From an uncultured delta proteobacterium (GTDB lineage Bacteria; Myxococcota_A; Polyangia; Polyangiales; Polyangiaceae), in the NCBI GenBank assembly GCA_963716725.1, contig CAVQUB010000005.1, positions 160,001 through 224,000 of the forward strand: 64,000 nucleotides of DNA, in the 5' to 3' direction. Positions 38,856 through 47,201 of this stretch are shown here, piece by piece. Position 1 is the stretch's first letter. Each line of letters opens with the position of its first letter. The position numbers and the translations under genes were made by a program. Below the pieces are notes generated by a model that was given only the letters and a program-made list of their open reading frames with translations, made no database searches and had not been told where the DNA came from.

Positions 38856-39341
38856 GACAAGGCTGATGATTGCTTCGTGTTCGAGGTCGAGCCGGACCGA
38901 CAGCCCGCGGCGGACGCCTGGGGCTTCTGCCTGCCCAAGGCCATCTGCGCGGCGAGCGCCGCAACGCTGCCCGGCGGCCGGCGCTGCGAATAGGGGGAGT
39001 TTCCCCGTTAGGATGGGGCTCCATCACACTGACCTCAACGACCCGCAGGAAGCCGCGCAGGCGTCACCGGCGTCACCGCCTTCAGCGGCGCTCTTCGCCA
39101 CGCCGGCAGCCAGAGCCGGAGCTCGTAGCCGGTCCGGCTCACCGCGATCTCGGCGCTCACCGGCGACACCCACCACGAGCAGATCGTGATCGCGCCGACG
39201 CCGACGAGCCCGAGGCGCTTTCGGTCTGCGAGCGCCCGCGCGATCTTGCCCGCGACCAGCGCGACGCCGAAGCCATACGCAGGCAGATAGTGATAGATGT
39301 ACGAGTCGCGGCGCGAGACGATCCAGGGCACCAGCGGGAGC
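38856..39341. repeat. About 485-bp direct repeat of 41557-42042 (3' ends of the lipoprotein and PMT-like genes)
   Basis: Near-identical sequence at offset 2701, including both stop codons and the intergenic spacer. Confidence 0.95.
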
Positions 39342-39464
39342 AAGCCTCCGAGGGCCGCGATCATCGACAGACTAGACCTGGACGGACCAGACCGCGGCTT
39401 GACCCCGATGGCGACCTGGGGATAGTCTCACAACAGAAGAGCAGTCGTGCGCAGGAGGGGGAGC

Positions 39465-40845
39465 ATGAGCAACTCGCAACTCGCAACTCGCAACTCGCGG
39501 TTCGACCTCGGCGCACCGAGCGCTGCGTTCGAGTCCTGCGCGAGCCGTCCAGCTGATCGTTGCGGCGGGCTTCGCGCTCGCGTGTGATTCCGAGGAGGTC
39601 GAGATCCGCGCCAATCAGCAGGTCGTTTGGGCGTCGCGCCTGGGCGGTGATCGGTTGGTGCGCGATTCGCAGCTCGGGTTGAGCCAGTACAAGCAGCCAC
39701 CGTATTTGCTCACCGTCGATGTGGACTCCGACGCGCAGCGGACGGAGTTGTTGTTCTTCCCTTTCGATCCACAGACTTCTTTTGTCCCACTCTCGAAATC
39801 GGGAGGCAGCGCGCCGGTGGCGCCGAAGGGAAACGCCGTGGGCTTCCTCCACGCTGGTGGCGTCGCGACGTATCAGGTCGGCTCCAGCCTGGCGTTGATG
39901 AATGGCCTGCAGCCGCAGAGCATTCGGGGGCACTATCAGCGCAGGCATGGCGAGTGCGAGCTCGAGGTCTCGTGGAAGACGCTGCTCGACGCCGTGTTGG
40001 CTGGGGTGGATGACAGCTCCGGCGAAGGAGAGTGCAACGCGTTGTTCTGTCCGGACTACGACGTCCACTACACGAAGCGGGTTGCCACCAGCTACCTGCG
40101 GCAGGTCGGCACCCGCGGCCAGGGGGGCTTCGGGCTCTTCTTCGAAGGCGAGACCGAGGTCGATTCACCCGTCATCGATGACCTCTCCTTCTACGGCAAG
40201 GCCGCCTACGATCTTCGGTTGTCCGAAGCGGGACTTCCGGAGCTCGTCGTCGCAGCGGGACCGTTCTCGGGCACATGGAATTGCTCGTCTTCACCCTTCA
40301 CTACGTGTCCGCGCGAAGACGTCGAAGATGGCGTCATCGAAGGAATGGCGGAGGCAACGGGGAAGCTGAACGGCATCTTCGAGGAGTGTCTGTTTGCCCC
40401 GATCGAGGCGGACTGCGAGACGGCCGTGGATTGTGCGGACGATATTCAGGTGGTTTTCTTGGCGAGCGGCGCGCGCCAGGAGGCTGAACAACGGGGGATG
40501 GCCCCTGCAATCGCGAACAAGTTCGAGTCCGCTTTGCTCGACTCCGCCAATTGGCGCTGCGCGCCGGTGACGAACACCTGCGCCGCGTTGACCGGGGCCG
40601 ACCCGACTCCAGAGCCCGCCTGCCAGCTCCGGCTGGCGGCAACGGACATCGTCTCGATGCCGGATCGCTTTGGACTGGTGTGGTACCCGGAGGATCCCGG
40701 CGCCGCGCCGGTGACAGCGGCTCAGGGGTTGTATCTGGGCCTCAGCTTTCTGGGCCAAACCGACGAACTCTTGCAGCTCTGCTCGCCGCGACCCGCGACT
40801 CGAGCGAGGTCGTTCGTTCGTGTGGTGGACAACAGCTCGCACTGA
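39465..40845 (+). pseudogene. Lipoprotein gene out of frame at a heptamer repeat (candidate phase-variable, OFF state)
   Basis: AGGAGGGG RBS plus ATG 39465 in one frame; signal VQLIVAAGFALA-C and the long ORF in the +1 frame. Confidence 0.65.
39469..39496 (+). repeat. (GCAACTC)4 perfect tandem repeat
   Basis: Read directly from the sequence. Confidence 0.95.
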
Positions 40846-40860
40846 GGCGCGGGGAGCCGA

Positions 40861-41694
40861 ATGTTCTCGCCCCGAATCAAGCTCGCGCGACCCACCCTTG
40901 GCACCGTGTTGCGGGGGGCGCTCGTGTTCAGCCTGCTCGGCTGTGGCGGGCAAGTCGACGCCGACGGCGGAGCCACGGGTGGCGGCGGCATCGGCGGCGT
41001 GGGTGGAACCGGCGGGACCGGCGCCGCGGGTGGAACCGGCGCGACCGGTGGCGCTGGTGGATCCGGCTGGACGGAGTGTTCGACTCCGGATTGGGCTGTG
41101 TGCGGCACACCCGAGTGTCCAGAAGGACGGCCTGGGTGTTCCCTCTGCTTCCCGGCAAAGGGCCCGGGGCTCTTCGGGATCTGCGCCGAGACGTTTCCTA
41201 CCGGCGCAGTCCCGTGGAAGGCAGCGGATGGGAAGATCTTCGTTGGCCTCTTCCCGACCATTGATGAGAAGCCGGGGAACATCCTCGAGGCCCCCTTCAG
41301 CGCCGGGGTCTTCCTCGCAGCCCACGGCCAGGCCGCTCGGGTGGCCTACGCGGACCGCGGCGTGTGGACGGGCGATCCTCTCCCGCTCCCAGACACCTGC
41401 CCGTCGATCGCCGACGTGACGAGTTGCGGTGGTAACTGCGGAGGTTGTCCGAGCGGGCAGATCTGCACGGGCCGGTCGCCGCTCCACCCTTACGGGATCT
41501 GCGTACCCACGGACTCGTATTGCTCCTTGAACCCCGATGATCCCGGGCTGCCGTGCGACAAGGCTGATGATTGCTTCGTGTTCAAGGTCGAGCCGGACCG
41601 ACAGCCCGCGGCGGACGCCTGGGGCTTCTGCCTGCCCAAGGCCATCTGCGCGGCGAGCGCCGCAAAGCTGCCCGGCGGCGGACGCTGCGAATAG
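40861..41694 (+). CDS. Gly-linker, Cys-rich lipoprotein
   Basis: Lipobox LLG-C; GGTGG linker; many Cys. Confidence 0.75.
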   Translation: MFSPRIKLARPTLGTVLRGALVFSLLGCGGQVDADGGATGGGGIGGVGGTGGTGAAGGTGATGGAGGSGWTECSTPDWAVCGTPECPEGRPGCSLCFPAKGPGLFGICAETFPTGAVPWKAADGKIFVGLFPTIDEKPGNILEAPFSAGVFLAAHGQAARVAYADRGVWTGDPLPLPDTCPSIADVTSCGGNCGGCPSGQICTGRSPLHPYGICVPTDSYCSLNPDDPGLPCDKADDCFVFKVEPDRQPAADAWGFCLPKAICAASAAKLPGGGRCE

Positions 41695-41735
41695 GGAAAG
41701 TTTCCCCGGTAGGATGGGGCTCCATCACACTGACC

Positions 41736-43073
41736 TCAACGACCCGCAGGAAGCCGCGCAGGCGTCACCGGCGTCACCGCCTTCAGCGGCGCTCTTCGCC
41801 ACGCCGGCAGCCAGAGCCGGAGCTCGTAGCCGGTCCGGCTCACCGCGATCTCGGCGCTCACCGGCGACACCCACCACGAGCAGATCGTGATCGCGCCGAC
41901 GCCGACGAGCCCGAGGCGCTTTCGGTCTGCGAGCGCCCGCGCGATCTTGCCCGCGATCAGCGCGACGCCGAAGCCATACGCAGGCAGATAGTGATAGATG
42001 TACGAGTCGCGGCGCGAGACGATCCAGGGCACGACCGGGAGCGCCCAGAGCAGCAGGCACCAGAGCTCCGCCGAGTCGAGGCTGCCGATGGTCCCGAGGG
42101 GCGTCGGGCGTGCCCGAAGCACGGCGCGTGCGCGCTGGGAGAGCGCGGAGAGCAGCCCAGCCAGCGCTACCAACACCGACAGGCTCGCGCCCCACCAGAG
42201 CAGCGGGTTGCCCATCGAGGTCATCGACCGCACGACGCCGTCCAGCTCCGAGTAGCGCATCGCGATGGGCTTCAGCGGCAGCAGCCAGGTGTACCAGCGC
42301 GAGATCAACGCGTGCTTTCCGTCCGTGAGTTTGGCGTGGTGCTCGTAGAGGTCGCGCGTCGCGGCGACGACGTCGGCCACGCCGTGCGGCGCGTGCTGGA
42401 GCATGAGCCCGTGGCGGTAGACCAAAAAGTAGGTGAGCGGAGTCAGCGCCAGCAACAGCACCGACCAGCGCGGCGCTCGTCCGACCAGCGTCGCGATCAA
42501 GAGTGGGACGACCATCACCACGGCGCTGAATTTCACCGAGCAGCCCAGCCCGAGCAGCACCGCGCCGACGGCGACGCGTTGCGCGCTCTTGGCCCGGATC
42601 GCGACGCAGGCAGCGGCCAAGACCAAGGTCGCGAGCACGCCGTCGAGCAGCGCCGTGCGCGAGTACGCGATGAAGAAACCATCGCCGGCCAGGAAGGCGG
42701 CGGCGATCAGCCCGGCGCGCCAGTTGCGAAACAGGCGAGCCGCGAGCAAACCCCCCAGCGCGATGTTGGCGATGCCGCTGGCGAGCGCCGACGCACGCCA
42801 TGCGAACGAGACGTCGCCGAACCAGTGGATGGCCTGCGCGATCAACAACTTGCCGAGCGGTGGGTGATCGTTCCAGTCCTTGGCGCCGACCAGATAGTTC
42901 TGAGCGGTGCGCACGAAGTGATGCTCGTCCCACGCGAGTCCGACGGGCTCGCCGAGTCGCTGCACGCGCAGCCAGATCCCGATCGCGACGGCGATCAGAC
43001 ACCAGCCCACCAACAGCAAATCCTGTCGCTTCGACGCCGACACCCGAGGCGCCTCTCTACCAGAAGCCGCCAA
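41736..43073 (-). CDS. PMT-family (GT-C) lipid-carrier-dependent glycosyltransferase, copy 1
   Basis: WDE, DHPPLGKLL, SRTALLD, GNPLLWW, YIYHYLP; many TM helices. Confidence 0.88.
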   Translation of the reverse strand: MAASGREAPRVSASKRQDLLLVGWCLIAVAIGIWLRVQRLGEPVGLAWDEHHFVRTAQNYLVGAKDWNDHPPLGKLLIAQAIHWFGDVSFAWRASALASGIANIALGGLLAARLFRNWRAGLIAAAFLAGDGFFIAYSRTALLDGVLATLVLAAACVAIRAKSAQRVAVGAVLLGLGCSVKFSAVVMVVPLLIATLVGRAPRWSVLLLALTPLTYFLVYRHGLMLQHAPHGVADVVAATRDLYEHHAKLTDGKHALISRWYTWLLPLKPIAMRYSELDGVVRSMTSMGNPLLWWGASLSVLVALAGLLSALSQRARAVLRARPTPLGTIGSLDSAELWCLLLWALPVVPWIVSRRDSYIYHYLPAYGFGVALIAGKIARALADRKRLGLVGVGAITICSWWVSPVSAEIAVSRTGYELRLWLPAWRRAPLKAVTPVTPARLPAGR

Positions 43074-43174
43074 CCGTCGCTTGCGACCGCAAACCTCCGG
43101 TTGGCACCCGACCCGGCAGATCTCGCTGAAAATCCCCCTGCGGACGCTGGTTCACCGCTTGCAGATCCCTCCGC

Positions 43175-44713
43175 GTGCGCGCCATCAAGCTCTCGACGTT
43201 GCTCTTGGCCACGACCCTCGCCGCCGCGGCCCAGGCTGCCCCGACGCCGGTCACCCCGAGCTTTGGCAAGGCCTGTGATGGCTTCGCTAGCTACGACGCT
43301 CAGGACACCTGCGATCCTACGGCCAAGCCCGGCGCCGTGGGCTTCAAGGACTTCATCTTGAAGACCTACCCGAGCACCGGCGACTACGGCATCACCCGCG
43401 CGTGCAACTCGGGTGGCACGAGCGAGCACAAGGAGGGGCGCGCCTGGGACTGGAAGGTCAACTACAACATCACCGCCCAGCGCGACATCGCCGACACCGT
43501 CATCGGCTGGTTGCTCGACACCGATCAGCACGGCAACGCCTGCGCCAATGCTCGTCGCTTGGGCATGATGTACTTCATCTGGAACAGCAAGATCTGGGGC
43601 GCGTACCGCTCGCCGAACGCCTCCTGCGCGAGCGCCGGGTGGAAGGCGTATACCGGATCGAACCCGCACACCGACCACGTGCACATCAGCTGGGCCTGGC
43701 CCGGTGCCAAGAAGCAGACCACGTGGTGGACCTCGGCGCTGCCGCCGGAGCCGGTGAACACCAAGCCCAAGGGCTATCTCGACGGCGCGAGCTGCGAACG
43801 GGTCTGGGGCTGGTCGCAGGACACCGACGCGCCGACGAAGGGCATCGCCGTGCACCTCTACTTCGGTGGTCCGGCGGGCGACGCCAAGGCCAAGGGCGTG
43901 CCCATCGACGCCAACATCGACCGCAGCGATCTGTGTACGCCGCTGGGCTCGTGCAACCATGGCTTCGAGGTCGCGTCGCCGCTCAGCCTGCACGACGGCA
44001 AGCCCCACCCGGTTCACGCCTACGGCATCGACACCGCCGGCGGCGCCAACGCCGAGCTGGCCCAGAGCCCAGACACGCTCGACTGCGACGCCGTGATCCC
44101 AGCGGGATCAAAGCGCTTGGTGAAAGACACAGCCAGCTTCGACGACTGGGGCTTCTCGGAGTTCTGGGACGTGATGCCGGTCGCCGACGGCGATCTCGGC
44201 GCGATCCCCGAAGAAGCCGCGCTGCCCGACAGCCCGCTCTTGGTCCAGTCCACCGACGGAAGCCCCGAGGTCTGGCTGATCGACGGTGAGTTCCGCCGGC
44301 AGGTTCCGAACCTGGCCGTGCTCGCGACCTGGGGCTTCGACTCGGCGGCAATCGTGAAGTGGGCGACCAAGGATCTCGAAGCCCTGTCCGTCGGCCCGAA
44401 GCTGCGATCGCGCCCCGTGCTCGTGCGCGGCAGCGGCTCCGAGATCTACTTGATGGACGACGCGTTGCCGAAGCTCGGCGAGCCCGCGGGTAGCGGCGGA
44501 TCGGGCAGCGGCGGCGCTTCGTCCGGGGGTTCGAGCAGCGCCACCGGCGGCAAACCCGGCTCGTCGTCGGGTCAGCAGACCAAGGTGCTCTCCGACGAAG
44601 AGCAGGGCTGCGCGTGTCGGACCACCGGCGACGCCCAGAGCACCGGCTACGAGCTCGCGCTGTTGGCGCTCGGACTCATGGGCGCTCGCCGCCGCCGCGC
44701 GAGGACCGCGTGA
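43175..44713 (+). CDS. MYXO-CTERM surface protein with LAS-type (M15-like) Zn-peptidase domain
   Basis: Signal peptide; SEHKEGRAWD and HTDHVHIS; Ser/Gly linker; GCAC + hydrophobic + RRRR tail. Confidence 0.8.
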   Translation: MRAIKLSTLLLATTLAAAAQAAPTPVTPSFGKACDGFASYDAQDTCDPTAKPGAVGFKDFILKTYPSTGDYGITRACNSGGTSEHKEGRAWDWKVNYNITAQRDIADTVIGWLLDTDQHGNACANARRLGMMYFIWNSKIWGAYRSPNASCASAGWKAYTGSNPHTDHVHISWAWPGAKKQTTWWTSALPPEPVNTKPKGYLDGASCERVWGWSQDTDAPTKGIAVHLYFGGPAGDAKAKGVPIDANIDRSDLCTPLGSCNHGFEVASPLSLHDGKPHPVHAYGIDTAGGANAELAQSPDTLDCDAVIPAGSKRLVKDTASFDDWGFSEFWDVMPVADGDLGAIPEEAALPDSPLLVQSTDGSPEVWLIDGEFRRQVPNLAVLATWGFDSAAIVKWATKDLEALSVGPKLRSRPVLVRGSGSEIYLMDDALPKLGEPAGSGGSGSGGASSGGSSSATGGKPGSSSGQQTKVLSDEEQGCACRTTGDAQSTGYELALLALGLMGARRRRARTA

Positions 44714-45282
44714 CCACGCGGCGAGCAGCCGGCGTCGCCTTCGGGATGGTGGTCCTGGCAATTGCGGCGATTGTGTGGATGAAGCGCGCCGACACCAACG
44801 CTCCGCTGCCGCCCGATGAGCAAGCGTCTTCGAAGCTCGAAGGCCAGCGACGACCTCGGTCGACGAAGCCCCGGCTCGCGGCTCCCGAGACCCGCGAAGC
44901 TTCCGTGAGTGCAGGTGCAAGCGCTGAACCAACCGCGATTGTCGCGCCAACGACCACGACCGCAGCGCCGACGCGCACCGCGCAATTGGCGACCACGGTT
45001 CTCGCCGCCGCCGTGCGCCACGACTGGATGGTCGTGGACGATCACGACACGCCCTGCCCGCCCCAACAGATCCGCATCATCTACGACGCACCCTCCGATC
45101 TCGGGAGCTATCAGAAGGGCGCATACTTCGAGCCGCTCGGGCCGGGACCAGGTGACAGTGACGTCGAGGTCAACGGCCTGATGCTCTGCGAGGGCTCGAC
45201 CTTCCTCTACCGCGGCTTCGAGGCGTACTACCGTGCCGATCGGGGGCAGTGGGACGTCTTTCCCTTCCCCGTCATCGAATGA
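44710..45282 (+). CDS. Membrane-anchored protein with Thr/Ala-rich stalk
   Basis: N-terminal TM helix, PTTTTAAPTRT; GTGA overlap. Confidence 0.65.
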   Translation: MTTRRAAGVAFGMVVLAIAAIVWMKRADTNAPLPPDEQASSKLEGQRRPRSTKPRLAAPETREASVSAGASAEPTAIVAPTTTTAAPTRTAQLATTVLAAAVRHDWMVVDDHDTPCPPQQIRIIYDAPSDLGSYQKGAYFEPLGPGPGDSDVEVNGLMLCEGSTFLYRGFEAYYRADRGQWDVFPFPVIE

Positions 45283-45309
45283 CACGTTGACGCCCTCGGC
45301 GGCGCCGTC

Positions 45310-45825
45310 TTGACTCGCGCCGTGCAATCCACCGCTGCTCGCTGGGGCGCTGTCGCCCTCTGGCTCGGGCTGGCGCCGCTGCTGGTGCTCTCCGGCTCGA
45401 GCCCACCGTTTCACGCGGGGGCGATCGCGGAGGTGGAGATCACTCTCGTGAGCAGTGACCGCGGCGCTCTCGCCTGCACCTCCGACCGACCGCTCTGGGG
45501 GCATGCTTGCAAGTACCGTGAAGGAGGTCGGGTCGTGCAGCCGAAGGGCACGATGGTGCCCTGCATGACCTCGGATCGTCGTCCGTTGTTGGTGCCGGGT
45601 CTGTTCGAGCAGCCCGCCGTGGCCGCGCGCGTCGCGCGTGACGAAGGCGTGCCCTTGGAAATGCGCGGACGGTTCTTGGCGCGCTGCCGCGTGCGCGTGC
45701 TCGATCAGGTGAGCGGCGTGCAGGTGCGCTTCTCGCCAGCGGCACCCTTCGTCGAAGGGCCGAAGTCGTGGCTGGTGTCGCCCATCGCGTGCTCCGTGCA
45801 CGAGGATCGAGGCGCCAGGCCATGA
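45310..45825 (+). CDS. Exported hypothetical protein
   Basis: Hydrophobic N-terminus; ATGA overlap with PMT copy 2. Confidence 0.6.
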   Translation: MTRAVQSTAARWGAVALWLGLAPLLVLSGSSPPFHAGAIAEVEITLVSSDRGALACTSDRPLWGHACKYREGGRVVQPKGTMVPCMTSDRRPLLVPGLFEQPAVAARVARDEGVPLEMRGRFLARCRVRVLDQVSGVQVRFSPAAPFVEGPKSWLVSPIACSVHEDRGARP

Positions 45826-47129
45826 GCCGTCCGAAGATCCTCCAGCGCCTGCGCGACCCGGATTCGCCGCTGGTCGCGGCGTGTGGCGTGATGATCGCGT
45901 TCGGGATCTGGTTGCGGGTCCAGCGGCTGGCGTTTCCCCGCGGGCTCACCTGGGACGAGCACCACTTCGTGAACAACGCCAGGAACTACCTGCAGGGGCT
46001 GCCGGACGGAAACGACCATCCACCGCTCGGCAAGCTGTTGATGGCGGTGCCCATGCACTTCGTCGGCGACAGCTCCTTGGGCTGGCGCCTGGCGCCCTTG
46101 GTGCTCGGGATCCTGCTCATCCCGCTGGTCGGGGCGGTGGCAAGCTGGGCCACCGGCCGGCGGAACGCGTTTTGGGTCGGCTGCGCGCTGGCCGCCGGCG
46201 ACGGCTTCTTGATCGCGTACTCGCGCTCGGCGCTGCTCGACGGCATGCTGGCCTGCCTCTGCCTCGCGGCGGTGTGGGTGGCGCTCAGCTCGAGATCGTG
46301 GCTGGGGCTCGCGATCGCATCGCTGCTGCTCGGCTCGGCCTGCGCCATCAAGTACAGCGCGGTGGTCTTTGCTCCGCTGCTGCTCTGGGCCGCGCTGAGC
46401 AAGCCGTCCCGCTGGGTTTCGTCGCTGACGCTCGGGCTGGTGCCGGCGGTCTACGCCGGCTGGTTCAGCCTGGGCCTCTGGCTGGCCAAGCAGCCCTTTG
46501 GGCTCTCGTCAGTGGTCGCCGAGACGAAGCGCTTGTACCTGCACCACGCCGGCTTGACGCAGTGGGTACACCCGCTCTTGTCCCATTGGTACCAGTGGTT
46601 TCTGCCGACGCGTCCCATCCCGATGCGCAACGATCCCCTGAGCGACGGTCGGACCCGAGTGCTCGCGGCCATGGGCAACCCACTGCTCTGGTGGCTGGTG
46701 GACCTGGCCGTCATCGTCGCGGTGGCGTCACTCATCGTCGCGCTCATCGGGGTCGCAAAGCGGCGCTCCTGGGGCAGCGCGCTCGGTCATGCGCTGAGGC
46801 TCGACGGCCCTGGGGTGCGCCGCGGGTTCTTGCTCGCGGCCTGGTGCGCACCCATCGCGCCCTGGTGGATTTCAGCGCGCGACTCGTACCTCTACCACTA
46901 CCTGCCCGCCTACGTCTTCGGCGTGGTCCTCGTCGCGACGCTCTTCGAAGCGGCGCGCCAGCGACGACGTACCGTCAGCTTGATCGCGCTGCTCGTGGTC
47001 GGACAGCTGAGCTTCTACTACTCACCGATCTGGGGCCAGCTCCCGCTCTCGCGTGAAGGTGTCGCGGCGCGCGCCCTCTGGCGGCGCTGGCACGTCGCGG
47101 TCTCGTTGCGCTCCCCGTGGGATCCCTGA
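45822..47129 (+). CDS. PMT-family (GT-C) glycosyltransferase, copy 2
   Basis: WDEHHFV, DHPPLGKLL, SRSALLD, GNPLLWW, YLYHYLP. Confidence 0.88.
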   Translation: MSRPKILQRLRDPDSPLVAACGVMIAFGIWLRVQRLAFPRGLTWDEHHFVNNARNYLQGLPDGNDHPPLGKLLMAVPMHFVGDSSLGWRLAPLVLGILLIPLVGAVASWATGRRNAFWVGCALAAGDGFLIAYSRSALLDGMLACLCLAAVWVALSSRSWLGLAIASLLLGSACAIKYSAVVFAPLLLWAALSKPSRWVSSLTLGLVPAVYAGWFSLGLWLAKQPFGLSSVVAETKRLYLHHAGLTQWVHPLLSHWYQWFLPTRPIPMRNDPLSDGRTRVLAAMGNPLLWWLVDLAVIVAVASLIVALIGVAKRRSWGSALGHALRLDGPGVRRGFLLAAWCAPIAPWWISARDSYLYHYLPAYVFGVVLVATLFEAARQRRRTVSLIALLVVGQLSFYYSPIWGQLPLSREGVAARALWRRWHVAVSLRSPWDP

Positions 47130-47201
47130 GCTTCGCTCAGTGTCGAGTTCCCGCGGCGAAGATCTGCCACGCTCTCGGCGTCATGGTAGCTTCGTTCTGC
47201 G

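Noticed and set aside
36415..42042. Diversity-generating retroelement (Avd-like protein plus repeats)
   Set aside because: No reverse transcriptase in the window; repeat mismatches are not adenine-specific and the repeat spans two convergent gene ends.
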